IMG/VR virus record: IMGVR_UViG_3300032216_001081
Location: 1 to 51,467 of that record
Source of the DNA: a virus
Taxonomy: Duplodnaviria > Caudoviricetes
Length of the DNA stretch: 51,467 bases
Direction: 5' to 3' (one strand)
This document shows positions 6,941 through 15,470 of the stretch, piece by piece (the stretch's first letter is position 1; each line of letters opens with the position of its first letter). Both the position numbers and the translations under genes were made by a program. The notes beneath the pieces were generated by a model, which saw nothing but the letters and a program-made list of their open reading frames with translations, ran no database searches and was not told where the DNA came from.

Positions 6941-8074
6941 ATGAAATCAGCAACCATTACAGAAAGCAGCGGCAAGTCAGTTGAACTCAAAGAAGTGCAC
7001 GGATTGTTTGAATGTCTTCTTGAGCACGAGGTCAAGTCAACGAAAGGCGACTTCACTTGGAAAGGCAAGAAGATGGACCCAGAGATGTGGCGCGAAGTTC
7101 TTGCGTTCTTCAAGTGGACCCAGGAATCGGAAAAGAGCGAGTCTCAAGTTCGCCTGTTTGTTCATCCCGAGCATGGCTGGATGGCATGGGCGTTCCCGCA
7201 GAAAGGCGGCACATCAATGACTACCAAGGAGCTGGACAACCAAGACTTCAAGACTCAGCGAGCGCTGAACATTCCTGAAGGCTATGTTCCATTCGGCACA
7301 GTGCATCATCATTGCTCAGCGACTGCGTTCCAAAGCTCAACCGACACCGCAGACGAGAAGGGCGTGGACGGCTTGCACATCACAATCGGCAAGATGGACA
7401 GCCCTCGGCATGACATCCATTGCAGGCTGTATATCAAAGGCAACAAGTTCGAGCCTGACATGGCGGCGTTCTGGGACATTGGCAATGACGCGATGGAGAA
7501 AATCAAGTTCGTGTCTGACTTGGGCTTCGACCCGTTGCAGATTATGAACAAAGTTGCTCGCGACCAGATGTGCGTGCCAGCTCCAAAAGACCATCCGTTC
7601 AATGACATCTGGAAATCCAATTATGTTGTTGAGCCTGCGCACGTTTATTCATCAACGCACGCAAGCTTCAATGGATTCGGACATGGTGGCTGGTGCAATA
7701 ATTGCAACAGCTGGCAAAGTCACGGAGAGCAGAATTGCCCAAACAAAAACAAACCGCTCGCTCAAAGCACATACAAGCGATACAGCAATTCGCAGGAAGC
7801 GCTTTCCAGGATTGCAGAGAAAGCAGCGCTTATGGGTGTGGACGACGAGGAGCTGTTCGACATCATAGAAGAGCTTGGAAATGGTCAGTATTCCGAGCTT
7901 TACCACGAGATATTCGAGCAGTGCTCGGATAACTTCCTTAATCTCCAGCAGCTTTCTAGGGCGCTTGAGGACGAGCAAGTTGCTGCCAGCAAGAAGGATG
8001 ACTCAGCCGCAAAGTCTGAAGCTGAGTGGGCGGCGTACGAAGCGGAAGGCGGTCACTTTGGTTACGGTGCATGA
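6941..8074 (+). CDS. JAB/MPN+ metallopeptidase (PRTRC protein A-like)
   Basis: Upstream Glu (KSESQV) plus HHHCSATAFQSSTD = HxH-x7-S-x2-D; DGLHITIG; later CCHC knuckle and acidic tail. Confidence 0.85.
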   Translation: MKSATITESSGKSVELKEVHGLFECLLEHEVKSTKGDFTWKGKKMDPEMWREVLAFFKWTQESEKSESQVRLFVHPEHGWMAWAFPQKGGTSMTTKELDNQDFKTQRALNIPEGYVPFGTVHHHCSATAFQSSTDTADEKGVDGLHITIGKMDSPRHDIHCRLYIKGNKFEPDMAAFWDIGNDAMEKIKFVSDLGFDPLQIMNKVARDQMCVPAPKDHPFNDIWKSNYVVEPAHVYSSTHASFNGFGHGGWCNNCNSWQSHGEQNCPNKNKPLAQSTYKRYSNSQEALSRIAEKAALMGVDDEELFDIIEELGNGQYSELYHEIFEQCSDNFLNLQQLSRALEDEQVAASKKDDSAAKSEAEWAAYEAEGGHFGYGA

Positions 8075-8075
8075 G

Positions 8076-8103
8076 TTGACAAATAGCAAAAGTTTGCTAA
8101 ATT
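8076..8103 (+). promoter_or_regulatory. Sigma70-like promoter with overlapping palindromic operator
   Basis: TTGACA-N16-TAAATT with TG extension; TAGCAAA-AG-TTTGCTA inverted repeat at 8084-8099. Confidence 0.6.
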
Positions 8104-8114
8104 GAAACCACCTG

Positions 8115-8157
8115 GCCGCAGCACGATAATGCCAGTCGTGCTGCGGCTTTAATTTTT
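8115..8157 (+). terminator. Terminator/attenuator hairpin
   Basis: Perfect 12-bp stem GCCGCAGCACGA/TCGTGCTGCGGC followed by TTTAATTTTT. Confidence 0.7.
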
Positions 8158-8293
8158 ACACTTTAGCCGCATAACTACGTCGCGAGCTGTGGCGCGACGG
8201 AAAAAATAATCCATTGATGAATACTGGCGCGGCAAAACAGTGGTAGCATTGCCAATAATCTGGAATCCACAGCACTTTAATTTATAAACAAAT

Positions 8294-8560
8294 ATGAACT
8301 ACACCAACAACCAACTATCAATCACAAGGAATAGAACGCTTATGAATGTAAAAGTAATACCTGCAACCCTTCAACGCGAAAAACAAAAAATTGACACTTA
8401 TCTTTGCATAAATCATAAATTTGAAAATCAATTGTCTGAAAAAATTGATAATCAAATAGGATACTATTTGGACGAAAAGGAAGCAAAAAATTTAAAAGTT
8501 GGAGACGTTTTGTGCGACGGAAGCACAGTAACTTGGATTGGTGAAATTGAAGAATTATGA
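8294..8560 (+). CDS. Hypothetical protein (AT-rich)
   Basis: ATG after A-rich leader; visibly more AT-rich than neighbours. Confidence 0.6.
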   Translation: MNYTNNQLSITRNRTLMNVKVIPATLQREKQKIDTYLCINHKFENQLSEKIDNQIGYYLDEKEAKNLKVGDVLCDGSTVTWIGEIEEL

Positions 8561-8575
8561 AAAACCAAACGACAC

Positions 8576-8827
8576 ATGGAACATATGAGTCGCAAACAAT
8601 TTAAAATAACAGCCGAGCTTATAAGTCGCTGCACTCACACGCTTGACGAGCTGAACATTCCGTACGCAGTTGTCATTGAGGGAGTAGACTTGCTGTTCAC
8701 CAATGTCGAGCACAGGCATGCAGTCGCAATCATGCGCGACTCGCTTTTGCTCCACGAAAAAGTCTTTGAAGAAAAGACAAATGCAAAAGCAGAAAAAATG
8801 GCCGACACATTCGGCAAAGATGAATAA
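8576..8827 (+). CDS. Hypothetical protein
   Basis: ORF packed before recT; exact start uncertain. Confidence 0.65.
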   Translation: MEHMSRKQFKITAELISRCTHTLDELNIPYAVVIEGVDLLFTNVEHRHAVAIMRDSLLLHEKVFEEKTNAKAEKMADTFGKDE

Positions 8828-8877
8828 AGAATTTCCGGCGAGTGCCGGTGCAGTAAACAAACAACAAAAACAAAACA

Positions 8878-9903
8878 ATGAGTAATGAACTAATCAAATC
8901 AAAATCAATCCGCGACATGGTGCAGCAAGATGCTGTAAAGAATCGCTTGCGGGAAATCATGGGCGAGCGCGCTCCGCAGTTTGCGGCAGCTCTTGTCCAA
9001 GCTGTAAACCAATCGCCTCAGCTTCAGAAGTGCAATCCAGCGTCGGTAATCGGCGCTGCATTGACTGCTGCTGCGCTTGACTTAGCAATCGACGGCAACA
9101 TCGGCGAAGCTCACTTGATTCCGTACGGCGACAAGTGCCAGTTCCAAATCGGCTACAAGGGCTTCATCCAACTTGCAATGCGCTCTGGCGAATACAAGAC
9201 GCTCGGCTCGACTGTGGTCTATGAAGGCCAGCTAAAGCTATGGGACGAGCTTACTGGCGAGCTTGTGGTGGACAAGTCAAAGCCTGTCGAACCGCTCACA
9301 CCAATCATCGGATACGCTGCCAAGTTTAAGCTGCTAAACGGCTTTGAGCGTGGCGAGTTCTGGACTGTGGACGAGATTGAAAAACACGCGATGATGTATT
9401 CAAAGCAGTATCGCTATTGCAAAGACAAGCCAGAGAAGCACAGCACCTGTCTTTGGATTACCAAGCGGGACGAGATGGCAATCAAGACAGTCGAGAAGTC
9501 TTTGATTAACCACTATGGCCCAAAGTCAATCCAGATGCGCAAAGCATTGAAGATGGACGGCGGCGCAGTCATCGACGCCGATGCCGAGCAAGTCTCGTTC
9601 ATCGACAACGAAAAGGACGAGCAGCCTAGCAGGCCTGTGTTTGTTGAGGTTGCCGAGGCACCAACTTCGGAAAACGAAGTTGCTCCAAAGGTCGAGGAGC
9701 CGAAGTCTTACAACAAGCTTAAGGCTGTTGAGGGTTACGCAAAGCTGGCAGGAATCAAGGAAGCTCAGTTGATTGATTTCCTTGTCAGCATCGGAACGAT
9801 TGACGACAACATCAAAAGCATGAAAGAAGTTCCTGCCGATGTAATTGACATGGTTGAGCATCAGCGCGATACAATCTTTGCTAAAATCAAGGAGGTTAAA
9901 TGA
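8878..9903 (+). CDS. recT: RecT-family ssDNA annealing protein
   Basis: CNPASVIGA...AHLIPYG...QFQIGYKGFIQLAMRSG...MAIKTV motifs. Confidence 0.9.
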   Translation: MSNELIKSKSIRDMVQQDAVKNRLREIMGERAPQFAAALVQAVNQSPQLQKCNPASVIGAALTAAALDLAIDGNIGEAHLIPYGDKCQFQIGYKGFIQLAMRSGEYKTLGSTVVYEGQLKLWDELTGELVVDKSKPVEPLTPIIGYAAKFKLLNGFERGEFWTVDEIEKHAMMYSKQYRYCKDKPEKHSTCLWITKRDEMAIKTVEKSLINHYGPKSIQMRKALKMDGGAVIDADAEQVSFIDNEKDEQPSRPVFVEVAEAPTSENEVAPKVEEPKSYNKLKAVEGYAKLAGIKEAQLIDFLVSIGTIDDNIKSMKEVPADVIDMVEHQRDTIFAKIKEVK

Positions 9904-11009
9904 GCGAGCAAGCAATTGAAAATGGAGCGGAGCGTGGCGATTACACAAGCGCAAGCAGCGCGCAAGCGGATGCGTTGTGCGTTGGAAGGTTCCTAGCGCA
10001 AAAAGGATTGCCAGACACCAAGTCTGACGATGCCGCATTTGGAACAGCAGTTCACGAAGCGCTATACAAAAAGTCAAGCGAAGGACTAACAGTTGAGCAG
10101 GAGGACATCTACGAGTCGTGTTTAAAGATAGAGCAGAAAGTAATTGAGTCCTACTTTGGCGTTGACGTTAAAAACATGCAGGAGATTAGAGAGAACAGGT
10201 TCTGGGTCCATTGGCCTGATAAGCTGCGGCACAGCGGTCAAGTTGACTGTGCGTATCGCATGGGAACAAAAGCTTTGATTGTAGAATACAAAGCACTTCC
10301 AGGTCAGGTGGCAACGTCTCCTAATAACTTGCAGCTTCGAGACCAAGTAGTTGTAGTCAACGCAAACACACCACTGCTTGCCGAGATTGCAGTAGTTGTT
10401 GTTCAGCCGCTCGTAACTCACACTCCAGAAATCACAGTGTATTCAAGAGACGACATTGAGAAAGCTGGCAGGATTCTTCACGAACGCGTCAGGGCAAGCA
10501 ACGCTGGCGGCAAGCGGACAGCGGGAGAAGTTCAATGCAAGTTCTGCAAGGCAAAAATGCAATGCGGCGAGTATCAATCTTGGGCAGGGTCTTTGGTGCC
10601 TGCGCCCAAGAGCTTGGTCGATGTGCCTGTTCGTGATTGGACACCAGAACAGCGCAAGCAGTTCTGCGACACATACAGCATCGCGCAGAAGTGGTTAGAC
10701 AACGCTTGGGCTGCAATGGAGGCAGGCGCATTAATGGATGCAGACTTCGTTCCTGGATACTCGCTTGTAGATGGAGCGGCTCGTGAAAAGATAACGAACC
10801 TGCAATCAGTCTTTGATAAAGCATCAAAGTATGGCGTGGCATTGGAGCCGTTTCTTAACAACTCAACAATAAGCAAGAAGGACTTGTCTGAGATTGTAAG
10901 GTCTGCAACAAAGCTCAAAGGCAAAAAACTTCAGGAGACAATTGATGCAATCGTTGGAGACGATGTTCAAGTGTCTGCTGTTAAAAAATCCCTAAAACAA
11001 ATTAAGTAA
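9900..11009 (+). CDS. PD-(D/E)XK exonuclease, DUF2800/Cas4-like
   Basis: GTAVHEAL, SGQVD, IVEYK, NLQLRDQ, C-terminal QCKFCKAKMQC; adjacent to RecT. Confidence 0.75.
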   Translation: MSEQAIENGAERGDYTSASSAQADALCVGRFLAQKGLPDTKSDDAAFGTAVHEALYKKSSEGLTVEQEDIYESCLKIEQKVIESYFGVDVKNMQEIRENRFWVHWPDKLRHSGQVDCAYRMGTKALIVEYKALPGQVATSPNNLQLRDQVVVVNANTPLLAEIAVVVVQPLVTHTPEITVYSRDDIEKAGRILHERVRASNAGGKRTAGEVQCKFCKAKMQCGEYQSWAGSLVPAPKSLVDVPVRDWTPEQRKQFCDTYSIAQKWLDNAWAAMEAGALMDADFVPGYSLVDGAAREKITNLQSVFDKASKYGVALEPFLNNSTISKKDLSEIVRSATKLKGKKLQETIDAIVGDDVQVSAVKKSLKQIK

Positions 11010-11075
11010 TGATAGCATTAATATTCTTCTTTGTTTTAGGTTTCGTGGTTTGGATGTATAAGGATAAAAACTAAT

Positions 11076-11990
11076 ATGGCTGAAAAATTAATAAAGCTAG
11101 AGCTCATCAACATCAAAGAATCACCGCATGTCAGAAGCGAATACAAGCAAGACACAGCGGAAGAGTATGCAGAACAATACAAGGTAGACAAAAGTCAAAT
11201 GCCTGATTGCGTTCTGTTTGAAACATCTGCTGGCAATTATCTTGTAGCAGATGGAATGCATAGGATTGCAGCAATGAAACTGGCTGGCTTAAAATCAAAC
11301 ACATTCGACGTCAGGACTGGAAGCAGAACTGATTGCGTTAAGTTTGCATTGAAATGCAATTTAAGTCACGGAATCAGGAGAAGCAGCGCAGACAAAAGGG
11401 CATGTGTTGAGCTTGCGCTAAGAGAGTTTGGCGAGGTTTCAAACAACTCTTTGTCTGATGCTTGCGGTGTTGGAGTTGACTTGGTAATCAAGGTTAGGCA
11501 GGAGCTTGAAAGTAAGAAAGAGATTCCCAAGTTTGAAAAACTCAAGTCATCAGACGGCAGAGAATTCAAAAGAAAAAACAAAGATGAAGAAGATTCAAAT
11601 AGTGTGGAAGAAAGTAAAGTCGAGTCTGGTTTTGGTAAAGATAAAACAGGATATCCACACACCGCCAACTCGTTTAAGTATGCAGACAGGTCGCAAGAAG
11701 TAGCATCTTTAATCTTCTCTGTGTCTGATGCATTCAAAAAAATCAAGAAAGCAAAGTCTGATAAAGACCTGCTTTACTGCGAGGTAAATTTCAATTCAAT
11801 TGAAACAGATTTTGAGCGAATCATAATGATGCTCAAGGTTGCAATCCCGTACGCTGTGTGCCCGTCTTGTCAGGGCCAAGTTGTTGACAAGTGCAGGCTG
11901 TGCAGCGGAAGGGGTGTAATTAGCCAGTTCAAGTACGAGACTGGCGTGTCGGAAGAACTCAAAAAAATAAGGAACAAAATTGGACAATGA
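11076..11990 (+). CDS. ParB N-terminal-domain protein with HTH and C-terminal Zn finger
   Basis: YLVADGMHRIAA, NLSHGIRRSSADKR, SNNSLSDACGV, CPSCQG...CRLCSG. Confidence 0.8.
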   Translation: MAEKLIKLELINIKESPHVRSEYKQDTAEEYAEQYKVDKSQMPDCVLFETSAGNYLVADGMHRIAAMKLAGLKSNTFDVRTGSRTDCVKFALKCNLSHGIRRSSADKRACVELALREFGEVSNNSLSDACGVGVDLVIKVRQELESKKEIPKFEKLKSSDGREFKRKNKDEEDSNSVEESKVESGFGKDKTGYPHTANSFKYADRSQEVASLIFSVSDAFKKIKKAKSDKDLLYCEVNFNSIETDFERIIMMLKVAIPYAVCPSCQGQVVDKCRLCSGRGVISQFKYETGVSEELKKIRNKIGQ

Positions 11991-12216
11991 TGTAAGGTCG
12001 GATGAATTGGAAGCGATGATGGCTCACGAGACTGCTTCAAATGAAGTGTTTCACAATCAATACTCTTTGGTGGTATCTGATTTAAACAGCTTTAAAGAAC
12101 AGAATCTCGACAAGGAAGAGATAAACAGAAGGCACAAAATCATGTGTTATGTGCTGTTTGTTCAAGGCTTCAACCAAGGCAAAATGTGGTCAGAAGAAAT
12201 ATCAGTTAGCAACTAA
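11980..12216 (+). CDS. Hypothetical protein
   Basis: TTG start overlapping upstream gene; TAATG coupling to the helicase. Confidence 0.6.
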   Translation: MDNDVRSDELEAMMAHETASNEVFHNQYSLVVSDLNSFKEQNLDKEEINRRHKIMCYVLFVQGFNQGKMWSEEISVSN

Positions 12217-13967
12217 TGAAACATAAGTGTCGCGACTATCAGGCTGAAGATGTCGAGGCAATCATGGAAGCGTGGGGCGAACATCGCTCCACGCTTTATG
12301 TTGCTGCGACTGGATTAGGTAAAACATTCGTTATGGCGGAAATTGTTGAGAGACGATTGCCGAAAAGAGCGTTGCTGTTAGCTCACCGTAAAGAACTTAT
12401 ATGGCAGGCTCGGGACGCATTCCTGCGCAGAGAGATTGAAGTTGAGGTTGAAATGGGAGAGCTTTCCGCATCAACTTCTTTATTCAGTCAGGCTCCAGTT
12501 GTTGTTGCCACAGTTCAGACAATGGCATCTGGAAAAGACGACGCAAAGCGAATGCTTCGGTTCAACCCGATGGAGTTTGGAACTTTGCTTTATGATGAGT
12601 CTCATCATTCTGTAAGCGCTGAAAACAAAAAGATAGTAGAGTATTTCACAAGAGGAAATCCAGACCTTAAGGTTCTTGGCGTTACAGCCACGCCTGACAG
12701 GGCTGACGAGGAGGCTCTTGGTCAGATATTCGAATGCGTTGCTGCCGAAAGGGACATCCTATTTGGAGTTAACAATGGCTGGCTTATAGAACCAGAGCAA
12801 CTAATGGTGCATGTCGGCGGCTTGGACTTCTCTCACATGAGAACCACAGCTGGCGACCTTAACGGGGCTGACCTGTCGGCGGCAATGGAAAGCGAAAGCG
12901 CAATCGCTGGCGTTGCAATGCCAACTCTTGAAGCAATGTTTGGGCTTCCTCAAAACACGCTTCTGGACAAACCGCCTGCCGAATGGGGTGCGTTCCTTAT
13001 GGCTCAATCAGAGCCAAGAAGAACCATCATATTCACAGTCAGCGTCAGCCAAGCTGAGCAGCTGTCAAACATATTGAACAGAGTGGTTCCTGGCATAGCC
13101 AGCTGGCTATGCGGCAAGACATCAGACGGTGAGAGGTCAAAGATATTCTCAGCGTTTGGTTCAGGCTGCGTGTCTGCGCTTGTTAATTGTGGTGTTACAA
13201 CGGAAGGGTATGACAACCCAGCCGTTGAAATCATAGCTGTTGCTAGGCCAACAAAGAGCAGGTCGCTGTATGCGCAGATGATTGGCAGGGGCACTAGGCC
13301 GCTGCCAGGAATTGTTGATGGCAAGGAATCAAAGGAGCAAAGGCTTGACGCAATAGCATCAAGCCCGAAGCCCAAGATGCTTGTCATGGACTTCGTTGGC
13401 AACAGCGGCAGGCACAAGCTAGTAACGACAGCCGACATTCTTGGAGGCAATGTATCTGATGAAGCCATTGAGGCTGCATCAAATAAAGCCAAAAAGACTG
13501 AAGGCAAGGTCAACATGAAGCAATTGCTTGAAGAAGAAGAGCAAAAGCTGATTGATGAAAAGCTCAAAAAGCAGATGCTTGATGAGGCAAGAAAGGCAAG
13601 GCTTGTTGCAAAAGTAAAATACACATCTACAAGAATAAGCCCGTTTGAAGTATTTGAACTGCAACCAACCAAAAGCAGAGGCTGGGACAATGGAAAAACA
13701 TTAAGCGAAAAACAGTCTCAAATGCTTATGAAGCAAGGCATCGACCCAAGGGACATGTCTTATTCACAAGGCAAGCAACTAATAAATGAGATGTTCAGGC
13801 GGTGGACTGGAAAGCTTGCAACATTAAAACAATGCGCCTTGCTTAACAAGCATGGTTACAAAACAAAGGACATGACAATGAAAGATGCGTCAGCCATGAT
13901 TGACGCTCTTGCAAAAAACGGATGGAAAAGACGAGACTTCGATGAAGTTGTTAAAGGAATAAAATGA
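12216..13967 (+). CDS. Superfamily 2 DExH helicase (ResIII/IRC3-like)
   Basis: ATGLGKT, DESHH, TATP, TEGYDNP, QMIGRGTR. Confidence 0.92.
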   Translation: MKHKCRDYQAEDVEAIMEAWGEHRSTLYVAATGLGKTFVMAEIVERRLPKRALLLAHRKELIWQARDAFLRREIEVEVEMGELSASTSLFSQAPVVVATVQTMASGKDDAKRMLRFNPMEFGTLLYDESHHSVSAENKKIVEYFTRGNPDLKVLGVTATPDRADEEALGQIFECVAAERDILFGVNNGWLIEPEQLMVHVGGLDFSHMRTTAGDLNGADLSAAMESESAIAGVAMPTLEAMFGLPQNTLLDKPPAEWGAFLMAQSEPRRTIIFTVSVSQAEQLSNILNRVVPGIASWLCGKTSDGERSKIFSAFGSGCVSALVNCGVTTEGYDNPAVEIIAVARPTKSRSLYAQMIGRGTRPLPGIVDGKESKEQRLDAIASSPKPKMLVMDFVGNSGRHKLVTTADILGGNVSDEAIEAASNKAKKTEGKVNMKQLLEEEEQKLIDEKLKKQMLDEARKARLVAKVKYTSTRISPFEVFELQPTKSRGWDNGKTLSEKQSQMLMKQGIDPRDMSYSQGKQLINEMFRRWTGKLATLKQCALLNKHGYKTKDMTMKDASAMIDALAKNGWKRRDFDEVVKGIK

Positions 13968-14305
13968 AAAGGGCTCAAAAGAAATACACATCTGCATTTG
14001 AGATTGATGTTGATATCATCAAGCTAAAGCGCGAGATAAAGAAGATTGATGTTGAGATTGCAGAGCAGCAAAAAAAGCTTAACACAAACGTTGATACAAT
14101 GCTGAAGCAAGACAATCCTGCTCAGTACATGTACTGGAAAGAGCAGGCAGAATGGGAAAAGAAAAAGCTCATTCAATTACAAAAGAAAATAAGCAGCATA
14201 ACAGAAATGCGAATACCTAGATTAGCAAGAACACGGGCTGACATTTCGACAGTTCCGTTTTCTTTCATGGACCCAAATGAAGGAGCAGTATTAAGAACAC
14301 TATGA
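13964..14305 (+). CDS. Coiled-coil hypothetical protein
   Basis: ATGA-coupled on both sides. Confidence 0.7.
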   Translation: MKRAQKKYTSAFEIDVDIIKLKREIKKIDVEIAEQQKKLNTNVDTMLKQDNPAQYMYWKEQAEWEKKKLIQLQKKISSITEMRIPRLARTRADISTVPFSFMDPNEGAVLRTL

Positions 14306-14652
14306 AGCATAATGCAACAGTAGTCTTGGCGTTTTTTCAATCACATGGAATCCCCGTCCCATTGGCAGAGCACAAGTTCCACGAGTCAAGGAGATGGAGG
14401 TTTGACTTTGCTTGGAAGCCGCACACAAAAGAAATCAGAGGGCACATCTTTGAAATCGGAGCACTTGCTCTTGAGATTGAAGGCGGTGTATGGATTGGAG
14501 GCAGACACAACAGCGGTGCTGGGTTTGTCAAAGACATGGAAAAGTATAACGAAGCAGCTTGTCTTGGCTGGAGAATTGTTAGGTGCCAGCCCAGAGAGCT
14601 TCTTACTGCAAAGATGGCAGACACAATCAAGCGAGCACTATGTCTTGGTTAA
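14302..14652 (+). CDS. Small restriction-endonuclease-like nuclease (DUF559/Vsr-like)
   Basis: EHKFH..RRWRFDFAW...ALEIEGGVW..GRH...DMEKYNEA..LGW. Confidence 0.8.
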   Translation: MKHNATVVLAFFQSHGIPVPLAEHKFHESRRWRFDFAWKPHTKEIRGHIFEIGALALEIEGGVWIGGRHNSGAGFVKDMEKYNEAACLGWRIVRCQPRELLTAKMADTIKRALCLG

Positions 14653-15470
14653 GGGTCAACACTAACAAGAGGTGTCCCATTTGCGACAAGGCGGACTGGT
14701 GTCTCATCGGCGACGATGGGGCATCAGCCCTTTGCATGAGGGTTACTTCCGACAGGCCTTTTAGCATGTCGTCTGGCGAAATTGGCTATATCCACAAGCT
14801 TACAGAGGCAATCAAATGGATAAAACCATTCAACCCAAAACCAAAACCAAAACCAGTAACAATTGATTGCGCTCAACTGTTTAAGGTAGCGCACTCAAGA
14901 ACAACAGAAGCAATGATAGCCAAGCTTTCAAAAGACCTTGGCGTATCAGAAGAGTCGTTGTCTAAAGACAATGGCATTTGTGCTGCATGGTTTGAGCAGT
15001 CCAATGCTTGGGGTTTTCCAATGCACGATGGCGGTTACAACATGATTGGAATAAGGCTTAGATGCTCAACCACCGGCAGGAAGTGGGCTGTTACTGGAAG
15101 CAGGAACGGCTTGTTCTATTCATTCAAAGAACCAGACGAAAGACTTGTAGTGTGCGAAGGCCCAACAGATTGCGCAGCCGCTTTATCCTGCGGCATGTTT
15201 GCAGTCGGCAGAGCGTCATGCTCGTCTGGAGTCAATGAAATCAAATGGTTTCTTGAAAGCAACAGAAACATAAAAGAAGTAGTAATCATTTCTGACAACG
15301 ACGCACCTGGAATAAAAGGTGCGCTCGACCTTCAGAAAGCAATCCGCATTAAATCGTGTGTGGTTACTCTCCCATGCAAAGACATGAGAGAGTTCCGCAA
15401 GAGCGGTGGCGACAAAGTTTTACTGTCGTCAATCGTCAAAGACCAAGTTTGGTCTAGTCCTCAACGTTAG
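14640..15470 (+). CDS. DNA primase (Zn-binding plus Toprim)
   Basis: Start reassigned to ATG 14640; CPIC..DWC; VCEGPTD; SDND.PG; KDMRE. Confidence 0.85.
   Translation: MSWLRVNTNKRCPICDKADWCLIGDDGASALCMRVTSDRPFSMSSGEIGYIHKLTEAIKWIKPFNPKPKPKPVTIDCAQLFKVAHSRTTEAMIAKLSKDLGVSEESLSKDNGICAAWFEQSNAWGFPMHDGGYNMIGIRLRCSTTGRKWAVTGSRNGLFYSFKEPDERLVVCEGPTDCAAALSCGMFAVGRASCSSGVNEIKWFLESNRNIKEVVIISDNDAPGIKGALDLQKAIRIKSCVVTLPCKDMREFRKSGGDKVLLSSIVKDQVWSSPQR

Noticed and set aside
8162-8235. tRNA gene (also a tRNA-like 5' start near 50528 on the - strand)
   Set aside because: No TTCRA T-loop or proper cloverleaf arms; kept only as structured-RNA candidates
8205-8245. Hammerhead ribozyme core (TTGATGA)
   Set aside because: Not CUGAUGA, and no correctly placed GAAA or stem II
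9900-11009. Cas4-like nuclease as evidence of a CRISPR system
   Set aside because: No repeat-spacer array or other cas genes seen; its position beside RecT fits a recombination exonuclease
15454-15470. Stop-codon reassignment
   Set aside because: TAG, TGA and TAA all end well-packed genes (TAG ends both the primase and the giant protein) and coding density is high under the standard code
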